DNA from: Rhynchopus sp. YZ270_cl-10
Taxonomy: Eukaryota
Length of the DNA stretch: 64,000 nucleotides
Direction of reading: 5' to 3'
Assembly (NCBI GenBank): GCA_964035575.1
Contig: OZ037847.1
Coordinates: 434,001 to 498,000 of the forward strand
Below are positions 1-12,030 of the stretch, piece after piece. Both the position numbers and the translations under genes were made by a program. The notes below the pieces were generated by a model. That model made no database searches. It was not told the DNA's origin and worked only from the letters and a program-made list of their open reading frames with translations. Positions within the stretch are counted from its first letter, which is position 1; every line of letters begins with the position of its first letter.

Positions 1-1368
1 TGCCGCACCTGCACCAATGATCGCCACGTCAACCTCCTCGTCCTGCGCAATCTCTGTCTTCATGTTCTTGTGCGTGTCAAACACGTAGTCCCAGTCCACC
101 TTGAACTGCGCCGTCAGACGCTGCTCCAGGTTCGGGTCCGTTGCCTGCACCGGTGGTGTCGTGTCGTACTGGTTGAGTGCGTCGTACGGCTTCCCCTCGA
201 GCATGTGTGCAATCCATTCTCCAAGTGTGGGGATGAACTTCCCTGCCCATCCCGACGTGTAGAGCACAATGTCCTTGTTGTTGGGCACCGTGCCAGGAAG
301 GGTGTCGAGGAGCATTGCCTTGCTGGGGTCCAGCGGGAGGCCGATGATGCAGTAGGTGGTTGGGGTCCTGTCGTCCGCGTCAAGACCGGGCATGTGGTTG
401 CGCACGAAGTCGACTGTGTACTTGATGGTCTCCGTCCCGTCGCTCTGGCGCTGCGAGGGGTCGGTGAGGATGCGGTCCTGCCAGCCGGGGCACACACGTG
501 CGTAGCCGGGGGTGTCCCAGGAGGCTGACTCGGTGAAGCCGTAGAAGACCTTCTGGTCTGCTGCAGTCGGGCTGTCGGGCTCGTCAAAGACGTACCAGGT
601 GTTGTCCGGCACCTTCGTCCTGTCCTTGATCTTGAAGTACGTCGACGACATCTCCCACGTCGTGATCGGTGCCTGCAGCCCCCACTCCGAGAGGATGCTG
701 CGGTTCACGTACGCACCCCCCGCAATGACAAGCTTCTTTGTGGGGAACGACTGCGTCACGCCGCCGTTCTCTGCGATGACGGTGATCCCACCCTCGACAG
801 TCGAGGTGAAGGTGTTCACAGTCTGGTTTGCCATCAGGGTCACATTCTCCATCTCCCCCAGCACCTTGATCAGAAGCGCCTGGGTACCGTGCAGGTCGAC
901 CGACCCTCCGTCCTTCTGCAGGAACCCTGCATAGCTCTCAGGGAGGTTTGCCACGTACGGGTGCGCTGCAGTGATCTCAGCACCGTTCTGGTAAGGCGTG
1001 TACGCAAGCTTCGCCTCGTCCATGGCCTCCTCGGCAGCAGCGACGCCACCCTCCTCAGAGACAATCTGCGAGTTCCCGAACCAGAGCGAGCCCTCCTCAT
1101 AGAAGACGGGGGGGAGACCATGCGCCTTCGCAAGCGCGTTGAACTCATCCCACTGCTCACGGGCCAGCTGCGCCATGTTGATCATGTCCGGCTCGGTGTA
1201 CTGCAGGCGCATCTGCCTGCTCTGTCCCGCAGAGCTCCCCTCCTGGTTCTCAAACTCAAACTGCTCCAAAACCAGAACCTTCCTCTGTGTGCTCTCCTTC
1301 ATCACAGCGTAGGCCGCAGAAAGACCAACAGGCCCTCCTCCGACAATCACAACATCGTATTTCTCCAT
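1..1368 (-). CDS. FAD-dependent oxidoreductase, monomeric sarcosine/pipecolate oxidase-like, fused to a second flavin-binding domain (3' end runs off the window)
   Basis: Open frame from ATG 1368, absent from the ORF track because it has no stop in the window. It starts MEKYDVVIVGGGPVGLSAAY...VLVLEQFEFENQEGSSAGQSRQMRLQY (Rossmann plus GSS motif of the MSOX/PIPOX family). A second Rossmann start EEVDVAIIGAGAA lies in frame at the window edge. Confidence 0.85.
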   Translation of the reverse strand, partial: MEKYDVVIVGGGPVGLSAAYAVMKESTQRKVLVLEQFEFENQEGSSAGQSRQMRLQYTEPDMINMAQLAREQWDEFNALAKAHGLPPVFYEEGSLWFGNSQIVSEEGGVAAAEEAMDEAKLAYTPYQNGAEITAAHPYVANLPESYAGFLQKDGGSVDLHGTQALLIKVLGEMENVTLMANQTVNTFTSTVEGGITVIAENGGVTQSFPTKKLVIAGGAYVNRSILSEWGLQAPITTWEMSSTYFKIKDRTKVPDNTWYVFDEPDSPTAADQKVFYGFTESASWDTPGYARVCPGWQDRILTDPSQRQSDGTETIKYTVDFVRNHMPGLDADDRTPTTYCIIGLPLDPSKAMLLDTLPGTVPNNKDIVLYTSGWAGKFIPTLGEWIAHMLEGKPYDALNQYDTTPPVQATDPNLEQRLTAQFKVDWDYVFDTHKNMKTEIAQDEEVDVAIIGAGAA

Positions 1369-2371
1369 CGTTTGTTTGTTTGTTTGTTTGTTTGTGAGGT
1401 TTTCTTTTAGCTGCAAGGTGTGGAGTGTGGTGGGCGTTGAGGGTGACAACAGCGAGAAGAAGGGGTGGTTAGAGAGAGATTCTAATTATTGAAGGGAGAA
1501 AACAAGAAAAGATTTTGAAAGACGTGCCTCATGTGAGAACATTACAAATAATAATAGGGGAAAAGCAGAGGAACTGAAAAAAGGACGACAATCGAGACCC
1601 AATATTCAAGAAAAATGGAGGTTTTTACAACATTTCCTTAAATAGTAGTTAGGATCAAACTTCACACGAAGCTGTCAAAGAAGTGAAGTTGAAAGTGCAG
1701 AAAAGAAAAAGAAAACATGATTTGGCTCCATAAACTTTCAAACCAAGCGAAGAGAAAATTCAAGAATGTTCGACAGCTACATCCATTCGCATACTGCTCG
1801 AGCGACTCGTTGCTCTTTGCTTGTTGGCTCAAAAGACTACAAAAGAACATTATACCTAGAGTCGTAAATTAAGTGTACACTTTCCCAAACCCCACAAACA
1901 TGATTTATTAGGCAAAACAGATAGCCAACCATTGTTCCTTTTTGTTTTTATTTACCACCTACTTTTGTAACCCGCCCTTACCCCCCGGGATTCTCACACC
2001 GTTTCGAAGTTAATATTTTAGTTGCTGTTAAATAGTCCCCAACCCCAAATCACCGCACACCACCCCTCCATCCCGACAGAAGTGCTGCTCCAGACAAACA
2101 CCCCACCTGACTGGCGTCAAAAGCTAGATTTGGCGATGGAAAACAGAAGAAAACCTTCACAAATCACGGTGATGGTGGTACTAAGGTTTTTGGTGATATC
2201 TTCAAAGTATGTCATGAAACACGTCATATAACGTGTCATATCACCAAAAACCTTAGTAACATCATCACCATGAAACAAAGAAAAGTATGCCAGCACCTTC
2301 CCAGTACTTGCACATTTTCAATGTTCTTCGCCACCATTACCCCCTTCAGACCCCCTCCCCCTCAAAAATAC

Positions 2372-3178
2372 TCATTTAACATTCCCCTCTCCACAGGTGA
2401 ATTGCATCTCATAACAGTCCTTCGGGAGGGGAAGCCCGGTGAGGAGTTTTTGCATACGCGACTTTTCCTTTTCGTCTGTGGTGATGGTGTGCACGAGCTC
2501 TGCAACATCGCTGAAGTCCAACTCTTCTGCGACAATGGCCAACGCACCCTTTTGGACACACTCTTCAAAACGCCGGTCTACCGACGGGATTTCCTCTAAC
2601 GCTAACGGCGCACCTTTCACCGCCAAGGCACCAGCCTTATGAGTGTACGTCAAAGCCTCATGCAGGACGTCACCATTTCCAAACTTCAAGGAAATGTTTT
2701 TAAGCTTGACATAATGGTAACCACCCTCTGTTTCGTGCATGCGGGCGACCTGCGCTTCGGTCAGAAAGGTTGCGTGGATGCTGAGGGTACAGCTGCTGGG
2801 GTAGAGGGTGGCAGGGATGCTTCCGTAGCCGGTGAGCCCTGCGCTGTAGACCGTATCGAATCCGGTCAGTGTGCAGGCAAGAACAGGAAAGACTTGGTCT
2901 GCAAAAGAGTGTGCCGGAAACTTCCGTGCAAGCTGTTGTGGAGATGCGTTGCTCCCGCAGGCGAGCACGCAGATGCGTGGTTCTGTCTCCCCCTTCAGCC
3001 ACTCCCGCCCGTCTGCCACCTCCTCCGCCTCTCCACTTCCACAGTTAAACAAAAAGTCTCCGGACGGTCTCGGATAAGGATACGACACAGCCCTATGTAA
3101 CACCTTAGAATCAAACTTTTCTCGCTCCTTGGGACTCATCTTTTCCAAAACAGACATAGTTTGGACACCCCCATCCAT
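2372..3178 (-). CDS. Hypothetical protein, gamma-glutamylcyclotransferase-like fold, bacterial-type
   Basis: Intronless ORF with YPYPRP, VLACGSNASPQQLARKF, YGSIPATL and LTEAQVARMHETEG motifs resembling GGCT-like bacterial proteins. Start taken at ATG 3178. Confidence 0.7.
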   Translation of the reverse strand: MDGGVQTMSVLEKMSPKEREKFDSKVLHRAVSYPYPRPSGDFLFNCGSGEAEEVADGREWLKGETEPRICVLACGSNASPQQLARKFPAHSFADQVFPVLACTLTGFDTVYSAGLTGYGSIPATLYPSSCTLSIHATFLTEAQVARMHETEGGYHYVKLKNISLKFGNGDVLHEALTYTHKAGALAVKGAPLALEEIPSVDRRFEECVQKGALAIVAEELDFSDVAELVHTITTDEKEKSRMQKLLTGLPLPKDCYEMQFTCGEGNVK

Positions 3179-3238
3179 GGTCTGGAGTTTGAAGTGGATA
3201 AGAAAGGGGAAGATGGATTGAATTGCATTCAAAAAAAA

Positions 3239-3278
3239 GTGAAGTTGATAGTGCAAACGCCTCAGGGACGCAGGCACT
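3239..3278 (+). repeat. Dispersed short hairpin motif, family 2 (representative copy)
   Basis: By-eye consensus GTGAAGTTGATAGTGCAAACGCCTCTGCGGACGCAGGCACT. Other copies near 4321, 11432, 52968 and 57475, with a partial at 1683. Confidence 0.85.
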
Positions 3279-3677
3279 GACACTCCGTGGGAAAAAAAGG
3301 AGGGATTAGCAGGGGGGAAAAGGATATTAGCGGGGTTCGTTTGGAGAGAGGGGTTGGACGGCCCCTTGTACTATGGAACCCGGATACTTTGTCTATTTTT
3401 GAAAAAAATGTTGTTTAGGTTAGAGCAGACAAAATTGGGTAGCACATTTTTTTTTTTCCCCGCCTTCTTTTTTTCATCACGTTTTTATAAAAGAAAGAAC
3501 TGCTTTTTTGAAGCGTTTTGCACACCGTTATGCAAAAATCTGCACTTTGTCCTCAGGCTAGCCCAGCCAGGCCTACCCCCCTCCCCCACCCGGCATCCGC
3601 AATTGTTATTCTGCTGGAAACCCCCACACACACTATCAACCTATCCACACACCCCCCCGACCCAACTACTGTGGGAC

Positions 3678-4101
3678 TCACAGAGTGAGAATAACACGGT
3701 CGTGCATCTTTGCTCCTGTGGGGGAAGAAAGGGGGTTAAAAAAAGAAATGCAAAAGCCCTCTCCAGTGTATCTGAAGAAGAAGAAGAAAATTGAAGGGAA
3801 AAAAAATACCTGTGCTGGTCTTGGGAAGACGCGCGTTCTCTGCAATCTCTTTGAGGCCAAGCTCGGAGAGCGCGGCCAGCGCAGCCTCGAGAAGCGCAGT
3901 GTCGACCTTAGGGTCGAAGAAGAGCTTAGCGTTCTTTGCGAGGAGCGCTTTGCTTTCGTCGGACTTCTTGTCGTCTGCGACACCCGGCGCGACAGGGTGC
4001 TCGCCCTGGTCATACGACATGTTCTCAGGCAGCTTTGTCAAGATCTCTGCCTTCTCAAAGTCCTTAAACACACACAAACGGAAGTCCTTTTGCGCCGTCA
4101 T
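3678..4101 (-). CDS. Small hypothetical protein, two exons (about 4101-3810 and 3716-3678)
   Basis: Coding-like MTAQKDFRLCVFKDFEK...LPKTST ends at an AG|GTATTT donor. A CCCCACAG acceptor resumes in phase with GAKMHDRVILTL*. Confidence 0.6.
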
Positions 4102-4836
4102 TTTAAATGGGTGCTGTCTGTGGATGAGATGGCAGAGAGGGGATTGAAGATGCAAATAGATGTCATGTGCAAAAAAAATGTTCCGTTTTTTTTAAATCTA
4201 TGAGACAAAACAGTGCAAATAATAAAGTAGGTATCCATGCAGGTACACCTCCTGACTGACCCACGATGCCAGCCAGAGGAGACGCAGAAATAAAGTAGAA
4301 AAGTAGAAGGGAAAAAAATGGTCAAATTGACAATGCAAACGTTTCTGCGGACGCAGGCACTTTGTGTGTGGGGGACAACGTGTGAAATATTTAGGCTAAA
4401 AATAGAAGTGTTCAATAGTGAGTCAATTGACAATGTGCATGAATTATTGTGTGGCCTCTGCAGACCGTGGGCATGAGATAAGCAAGCAATACTAACCGGG
4501 GCAGAACAGAAGTTGTTTAGATGAACCAAAAACCTCGTGTATAGTTCAAAAAATCAAAACAAAACATAAACAAACATAAAACACAAAACCGCAATTTGCT
4601 GTGACGAACAAACAGTTGCACCTCACCGAATCTCACAGCGCTGGTAAAGGGTGGTGGTCATTGCGCACTCCCCTTGAGCTTGGAAAAACTCTGCTTCGGA
4701 CTGAAAGTCAGTCTTGACAACTTCTTTGCAGCTTCGTTCTTACAAAAAATGAAACTTGAAATGAATGTGCATCTCGTGCACACCAAAAAAAAACAAACAA
4801 ACAAACAACTGCTAAGATGGGCCCGAACCTCTCATA

Positions 4837-7456
4837 CAGTCCCGCCTATAAATAATAGCGTTTTATTTTATAAAATCCTAATTAGTGACATTATAATTTA
4901 TAAAGTCGTTAATTAATTTTTTTTTTTTCCCCCGGCGGAGCCGAAATTTTTTTTCGCCTGTACAAGTGACGACGGGTTTGTGTGGGTTCTGTTGGAGGAA
5001 TGTGTGGAGAAAGAGGTGTGTAATCAGTGATACACGGAAGTAAAAAAGCGAGGAGGGGGTGATTTAGTCTTTGATATCTGGCCCTTTTTTTGTCTCTTTA
5101 TGCTGATCATTTATTGTGAGGGTTCTTTTTTTCGCGTCAGTGGTCTCGCCTTACTGCTTCAGGATTGCGAATCTGTAGGAGAGAATGTTGCGTTGCAGTT
5201 TAATTCAGGGAGAGAGAAGTGGTGCGTACCTGTCCGCGCTTTTTTCGTGGCAGTGCCTTCTCCATCGACAGGCTCCGGGGCGCTGCGCTTTGCCCCCACT
5301 GGGGTCACTGGCGGGTTCAGCACTAACGCGGTCGGTGCCGCTGGCGGGTTCACTGGGGTCACCATGCTGAAGAGCGTGCGCTGACCCTTCGGCGGGGGCT
5401 TGCTTTTTGTGGAGGGGCGACCCTTCGGCTGGGGCTTGACTGCTGGCTTCGCTGCTGGCTTCGCTGCTGGCTTGACCTGGTGCGGCGCATCAGTGCGGTG
5501 CACTGGTGGTGGACCTCTGGCTGCAGGGAGGCCTTCCGCAATCTCCCTCCCCTCCGTCGATCCCTCCACCGCTTCCGCTTCCTTCAGCAAGAGGTCACCC
5601 CTACGCTCTTCGTCCCACAGCTGCAGGTAGTCGTCCCAGACGACGGGGACCTCCTTGCCGTTCCCTTGAATGGGCTGCGGCAGGCCCATCACGCGATGCA
5701 CGCCCACCATCCCCCACGACTGCTGCACTGCCTCCCTGCCCAACTTCTCCACGGCCCCGGACAAGCAACGGTACTTGATGTACCGCTTGTAGGGCAACTT
5801 GCCCCACGCCGCAGCCCCGCCGTTCTCCCCTGGGGGAGCTATCTTCCCAGCCAGGATCTTCGCAGCGGTGGCGTCGTCGTACCCCTGCACCTGCTCCTTC
5901 ACCCAATCGTGGTATCCACTCACGCTGTGCCTCTTCAGACAGCTGATCACAAATTGATCAGCTGGCTGAAAGAGGTGCGTGAGGGACTTGGGGATGTAGA
6001 GAAATTTAATCCACGAAGGGATTGCAACTTCAGTGTGCTGGGGGGCCTGGTCGATCAACAGGTAGACGCAGCACTCCACGACCGCTTCTTCTGCCTCAAC
6101 AACTGGTGCCGGCGGTGCCGGTGGTGCTGCTGTTGCTTCCCTGTGGTTAGATAAAAGGTACTTCTCCACGACGCCTTCGTCCAGAATCTTCGGGTCCCGC
6201 ATCATCTCCTTCACCAACTCCACTGAGAGCAAGCTAGCTGGTGTTTGCGTGGACTGGTCGATGCGGGTGGGGACAGGGGCTGCTGATGTTGTTGATGCTG
6301 TGGACGTCGGGGGGGCAGGCACGGACTGCTTGCGCTCCGCAATCACTTTGGCCCTCACAGGACCCATAACGGCGACGAACCGTTCCATGAACAACTTCCA
6401 TGTTGCTGCGTTCTGGAAGTGGCTCGCCGGCTGGTGCATCTGCCAGATGCGGGGGTTCTCCTCTTCCGGTGAGACACGGGCGTGCACTGCCGACGTCTCC
6501 CCCTTCCAGATCTGCTGAAGCGCAACCAACTCTCCGTCAAGGGACGAGAGGGCCGAGCAGGTGAAGCCCAGCTTCTCGTCCTTGACCACCACCTGCAACT
6601 TCTCCCCCTTCTTGCAGCGGTGCTGGTCGTCGAGTTTTACGAAAAACTCGTCGACGTTGAGGACGAGGCGGGGGTCAGTACCCTTCAGGACTTCGAGTGC
6701 GGTCCACCACGCCCGTCCCTCGGTGATGACGTCCGCGAGGGGGACTGTGCGGTCGGTAGTTGCTGTGCGGACGCGCATGCCGTTCGCCTCCATGGTCGAT
6801 TTCGCCCACGAAGCCGAAAATACCTGCACACCAGGAATCGGCTGCACCGAGTTCGTGTCCCGCCTCATCTTCACCACCATCCCCCTCGCAAGCGACGCAA
6901 ATCGGTTGGCTGTTATGGCCCAGCCGAACTTGCGGGTCATCCCCGTAAGGTTGAGAAGCCTCTTCAGCTCCTCGGGGTTCAAAAGAGCCTTGGGCCCCCT
7001 GGTCGCGGGTGTGAAGTACGAACCGCTCTCTCTTTTGTGGGTTTTGTACTTGGAGATGGTGGGCGCAGAAATATGGCGTCCTGGGTGAGCGTCATTCCAC
7101 CAGACCATCACATCAGCGAGCGGTCTGTCGCCCGCCATGGCGTAGTCTGTGATGGTGACAATCTCCTCGGCGGTGAGGACAGTCCTCGTCTTGGTCTGGG
7201 GTGCAGCCTGCTCGACGATGATCACATCTTCGGCGTTGCGGTTCATCGTGTCGAGAATCGTGGGCAAAGACATTGTGGTCGAAGATGAGAAAATATACAG
7301 AGGGTTTGGTAAGGATTTAGGTAGGGGTTTGGGTGGGCAAACTGTAATTTATAAAATCTTAATTAACGACGTTTTAATTTATAAAGTCACTAATTAAATA
7401 TTTTCAAATTTGGTCAAATTTATAAATTAGAAATTCACTAATTAGAGGCGGGACTG
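4837..7456 (-). mobile_element. Full-length pogo-like (Tc1/mariner superfamily) DNA transposon
   Basis: TIRs CAGTCCCGCCTATAA and TTAGAGGCGGGACTG; TA duplication at 4835-4836 and 7457-7458; AT-rich subterminal repeats at both ends; contains a transposase ORF. Confidence 0.92.
5159..7273 (-). CDS. pogo-family DDD transposase (DD30D)
   Basis: 704-aa ORF: N-terminal CENP-B-like HTH region (FSASWAKS), LNVDE, then LLIDQ...HLFQPADQ with 30 residues between the second and third Asp. Confidence 0.9.
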   Translation of the reverse strand: MSLPTILDTMNRNAEDVIIVEQAAPQTKTRTVLTAEEIVTITDYAMAGDRPLADVMVWWNDAHPGRHISAPTISKYKTHKRESGSYFTPATRGPKALLNPEELKRLLNLTGMTRKFGWAITANRFASLARGMVVKMRRDTNSVQPIPGVQVFSASWAKSTMEANGMRVRTATTDRTVPLADVITEGRAWWTALEVLKGTDPRLVLNVDEFFVKLDDQHRCKKGEKLQVVVKDEKLGFTCSALSSLDGELVALQQIWKGETSAVHARVSPEEENPRIWQMHQPASHFQNAATWKLFMERFVAVMGPVRAKVIAERKQSVPAPPTSTASTTSAAPVPTRIDQSTQTPASLLSVELVKEMMRDPKILDEGVVEKYLLSNHREATAAPPAPPAPVVEAEEAVVECCVYLLIDQAPQHTEVAIPSWIKFLYIPKSLTHLFQPADQFVISCLKRHSVSGYHDWVKEQVQGYDDATAAKILAGKIAPPGENGGAAAWGKLPYKRYIKYRCLSGAVEKLGREAVQQSWGMVGVHRVMGLPQPIQGNGKEVPVVWDDYLQLWDEERRGDLLLKEAEAVEGSTEGREIAEGLPAARGPPPVHRTDAPHQVKPAAKPAAKPAVKPQPKGRPSTKSKPPPKGQRTLFSMVTPVNPPAAPTALVLNPPVTPVGAKRSAPEPVDGEGTATKKARTGTHHFSLPELNCNATFSPTDSQS

Positions 7457-8254
7457 TATGTTGTCACAAAACTAAGAAAGAAACCTTGTAGAAAAGCACG
7501 GGCTCAAAAAATATGACGTGACATACGCCCTCTCTTCGTGACAGTGTGCCTAAAAAAGTTTGTAAGATGTCACGTTTGCTTTGGTCACTTAGAAACAATA
7601 GTAACTCTGACAGGTAAGTAAAAGGGGAAAAAAAAGGTTTTTTCGTTGATTGCACAATTACCCTGTTGGAGGGGTGGTTGGCGACCGTATCTGAGGAACT
7701 ATTTCTCCTTTAAGCTACGCTTTAGGTATAACAATAGAACACAGCAACCACAGATGGCACAAATACCATAATATAGTTGCACAACAATACACACAAAAAA
7801 GCCCAATATGCACCTAAACCTCTCCAACCTCTAGTTAGGGCTCAAGATGGAAATCATCAGAAAACACGCACACACACTCTCTATTTAACAAAACGGCACA
7901 TCTAACCCATTCCCCCCCCCTCCTTCACCCCCCACCCTATCCACTCGAATCTATGAGTGCTCCTTTAATCATCTGAACACCGCCAGCCACCAGGTGGTCT
8001 GCGACATAATACCCTTTTTTTTTTGAAAAATTAGTCGTATCAGTGTAGACACCTGCCTACACACTGTCTATACGATTGCAGAGTCACTCCATGCAATAGT
8101 CGCAGTCAAGTTTTTTATTTTTGAAAAATTGTTGGAATAGTGTAGCTGCCACCTGTGCAAGCTCCACTGTTTTTTATTCAACCCACGCTCCCTCTATTCT
8201 CCGTATCATTCTTCATCGTTTTTACGACCACTTCTCTTTTTTTCACTTTTTTTT

Positions 8255-10670
8255 TTATGCAAACCCCGAAAGCCTCCTGGCACGCTGCGGGACCACCGAC
8301 GGTGCGTACACCTTAGTGGCAGAGCGGAGAGAGGAGCTTGGGTGCGCAATGTTGAGGTTCGACCTTGTACGCAGCCCTGACGACAGAGGTGGCGTTTCGC
8401 GAACCGAAGGGCGGTGCTGGTTTGCGGGAGCACATTGCCCACGGGGTGGCGGCGAACGCACACCTACATCACCTTCCACAAACTTCAACGGCTTCATCGG
8501 CGGAGAAGGTGGACCACCCCCTCCTCCTCCTCCTCCCACCTTCCCTGCATTCGCAGATTTAGACCTACAACACAAAGGATCGGGTTTGCGTAGAGCTGTT
8601 CCACCCGACTTCCGTCGTTTCGGCGAGCCTGAACCCATTGTTTTGTCAGTTTTCTTTTTGCGAGCTGGGCTGACCATTGAGGGTTCACTCCGTTTTTGTT
8701 TCGGAACTGCGGCACGTTTGATGGGATGTGTTGTTGCAGCGGATCCAGGGCGTTTCTTTGCTACCCCCATGCAACCTACAACGTCATAGAGCAGTGCGCG
8801 ACACTCTGCCTGCATATCTGGGTCTTCACTAGGGTAGACCCTAACAAAACCCTCTAACACCGCCGCCTCCGCCACCTCCCTCCGTTTCAACGCCTTTTTC
8901 CGCATTTTTTTTAGCCCCAAAGAAATGCACATTGCCTCCTGCTCTCCATTTTCCCCTTTCTTCGCAGCATCCACTAAAGGCTTTGTTGTTAATGGCCGGA
9001 TTTTCCCTTTGCGAGACAAAGAAATTAGCTTAAATGCCTCAGTCAACATGCTTTGCTTAAGCGCCGCATCGAAAGGCGTATCGGTGACGAGAGAAGGAGA
9101 GTGATTCACCTCACAGAGCAGAGGTTGGAGTTTAGAGTCAACCAAAACATCAAAACCTAGCAGTTCAAAGCAAGAGAAGCCGTCCTCAGAAGGGTTGTTC
9201 GCAGTAGCCACATTGAAGCTGGTTGATAACGAAGGGAGAATGGCAAAAACAGATTTAACGACCATTTTATGAACTCTCTGCCAGAACGCAGCAGAATCTT
9301 CTCCTCGCTCTTCAAGAAATTTGCTTAAAAATGCGAAGTTCCGCTTTCCCCCTATGTCACCGTCACCTACGACAAATTCTTTATGCCTTTTGTTTACAGA
9401 ATAGTTGGAAAGATGCATGCAAAGCGTTCTGCTGTTCGAATCATCAACGCTTTCAAAATTTTCACTGCACAGCCTAAGAAGACCTTCGTTGTAAAAGAAA
9501 ATCCGCGGTGGAGACACAGAAAGGATCAGAACGTAACAACGTAGGTCGAACTTTTTGTTTTCAATCAACAACGGATCTGCGAGGTACTCCTGCACCACGG
9601 TGCCTTCGAAACATGAGGTGCTAGGATTGCTTGTTAAATAGATGCCTTTTCCCATGCAGCCGCCATTTGGCTTGACTATGTAGTACGGCTTTTGTACAGT
9701 TTTCTTCCGTTTTGGCGCTTTAACTAAAGATTGTCGATGCTTCGAAAAATCCGAGAATTCAGTAAAACCTAGTGGCATAATGTCGCAATAGGCAGGTAGT
9801 AGCTTTGCCAGCCTATTAATGTTCTTCACCAGCGGCACCTTCCGCCCGATCTGGTCCATCCCCGGGAAGTGGTTGATCAGCATCTCGCTCGCTGCGGACT
9901 GTGTTACCTTTTCAACTGAAACAGACATTTCGGACCAGACGATATCAATTGGAGGCAATGCTGGTGGTGGTGGAGGCTCTTCGTATACCCCTTCAGAGAG
10001 AATGCCTTCTGTTGTCTGTATGTTGTTTGTTTTTTTTTTTTTATTTTCGTCTCAAAATCACCTAAAATAGCCTGAATTATTCCAAAAAAAAACCCCAACT
10101 TTGCCACCTAATCTTGATAATTCGGAAAAGGGAAGATTATTTTCGTTGAACGGAGTTAAAAAAAACAGTGTAAAGGGGACGTACCTGAGTCCGCAGACGC
10201 GATCCTATGTAAGAGTCATCCATCGGGTTGAAAAACGAATTCGTTTCCTGCCTACCCCTAGATATTTCATCCGAGACAGTCCCAGGGCGTGGGGGGTATG
10301 CGGGGTATGCTTTCTGCGCTGCCTTGTCTTTTTTGGAGGGTTTGAACACTTTGAGGCCAGCGGCAATGGCGGCACGCTTGACAACTGGCTGGCGAGAAGC
10401 AGAGAGGTCGATTGTAAGCTGCGTGCGACGTGGCTTCTTCGCTTGGGGTGAGGTCGAGAACTCTCTATCCGCCTCTGGGGATGGGTAGGGGGGGTGGGAT
10501 GGGTAGGACGGCCTTGCATGCTCTGTACTGGCCGCAGTAAGCCCCTCATCGTCACTCTCGTTCTCCTCTTCTTCGTCTACATCAGCAAAGGCATTCTGCA
10601 CCAAACCCCTTGCCTGCATCGCTGTAGGGGTCACTGTCGAATCCGTTTCCACATCGTCATAACGCTCCAT
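8255..10670 (-). CDS. TTLL6: Tubulin polyglutamylase, TTLL6/13-like (exons 10670-10185 and 10015-8255)
   Basis: TTL motifs INHFPG, IVKPNGGCMGKGI, VQEYL, KFDLRCYVL, HLSNYSVNK, CFELLGFDV, EVNHSPS. The upstream exon joins in phase through CAG|GTACGT...CATACAG. The subfamily call is tentative. Confidence 0.88.
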
Positions 10671-11512
10671 AAGAATGTTTGGGTTGTATTAATTTTGTGA
10701 AAATCAGTGTTTAGGGCAAATCCCTGAAAGATAGCTGAACGTTGTCTTTGATATCAGATTTTAGAGTGGGTCACGCCTGAACGGAGTATATCCGAGTTGT
10801 GTTTGTGTACAGTTTCTAGGTGGAGTGGTAATGAAAGAGAGAGAGAGAGGGGGCAATCGAAGTACCATGGAGATAAAAGAAAAGTTGAGAGATGAACCTA
10901 AGCCTCGCGTGCTTAGTCACTTTTCTTTCCTTACTTCAAAAACTCTCTCTTTTTTAAAAAAATTGGTTTTGGTTGAGACACATCAATGGTATCGGTTCTG
11001 TGGAATCACTGAACCACCCATATCCTGTATCACATCGTTGATTGTTCTTTCCCTGCGTTGACTGCAGGAAAGTTCGCGAAAACTATCGCGACCAGGAACT
11101 AAAATAAAAGAGGGGGTATTCTTTTTTTATAAAAGTGGACAAAACTAAAGAGACAAAAAAACTGTAGAAAGTGTTTTTTTTTCTTTTTTTTTTCGATTTT
11201 TTGAGTTAGTCTTGATGCGTGTTGAGGGAAGCAGGGAAACCCTAATTTGGGTTGACAAAAATCGACTGTGAAAAAAAGTAGGGGAGTCAAAAATCGCTTG
11301 TAGAGAGGCGGGGATGGGGATGCGGTGCAGAACCAGCACGTCTCATCCGCGAAGAGTGTGGCGGAGATGGGAAAGTAGAAACACTCCTATATTTTGTTGT
11401 TGTTTTATTTCAGAGGCACAAAAAAGCAAAGGTGAGGTCGAATAGTGCTTCACGCCTCTGCAGACGCAAGGCACCAGTTCTCCGCTTGGATACTCGAAGC
11501 GTAAAGCAAAAA

Positions 11513-11549
11513 GTGTATAAGATGACCCTGGGCCTCTCGTGCTTCGTCA
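11513..11549 (+). repeat. Dispersed short hairpin motif, family 1 (representative copy)
   Basis: By-eye consensus GTGTATAAGATGAACCTAAGCCTCTCGTGCTTAGTCA. Other copies near 10884, 21022, 22185, 22472, 23005, 55057 and 57133. Confidence 0.85.
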
Positions 11550-12030
11550 AGTGCTAGTCAAACCAATAAGAATTGTATTGAATTGCCCCAAGAATTTTTT
11601 TTGCAGAATTTGTGAAATCAACGTGCTATGCCCTCCTCCGATATGGGTGGGAATATCATGACGCAGAAAGAGAAAAAAAAAACCCCCAGGGAAGAGAAAA
11701 AAACACAAAACACTTTACCGAAAACGCAGCTCAGAACAATCAGACGCACGGAGTCGAAGAAAAGAAAGAAAATTTGAAAGATCGAGCGCACCTCACACGG
11801 CACACACGTACAATGTCAAAAAAAAAGACGTCCAAGAACCTAATCTGAAAAACGGGAACTGCATTTTTTTGCGGCAATCGCCCGAGGTTCTGTACTCAAA
11901 TAACACCAACACTCAGTGAAGAGCATATCACTCCCTAGGCCAGCCCCACACCTTTTGTCTTTATTTTTATGCAACTACCCCTGGCAACGTTTTGAAATCA
12001 CCCCCCTTTTTTTCACACAGTTAACCGCCA

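Noticed and set aside
5480..7288. Long plus-strand ORFs antisense to real genes (also at 889-1410, 12199-13077, 42208-42948)
   Set aside because: They are shadow frames of GC3-rich coding sequence with no domain signal.
10884..10919. Family-1 motif as an HDV-like ribozyme or sarcin-ricin loop fragment
   Set aside because: The loop resembles both superficially, but there is no P1/P2 pseudoknot and no flanking rRNA sequence.
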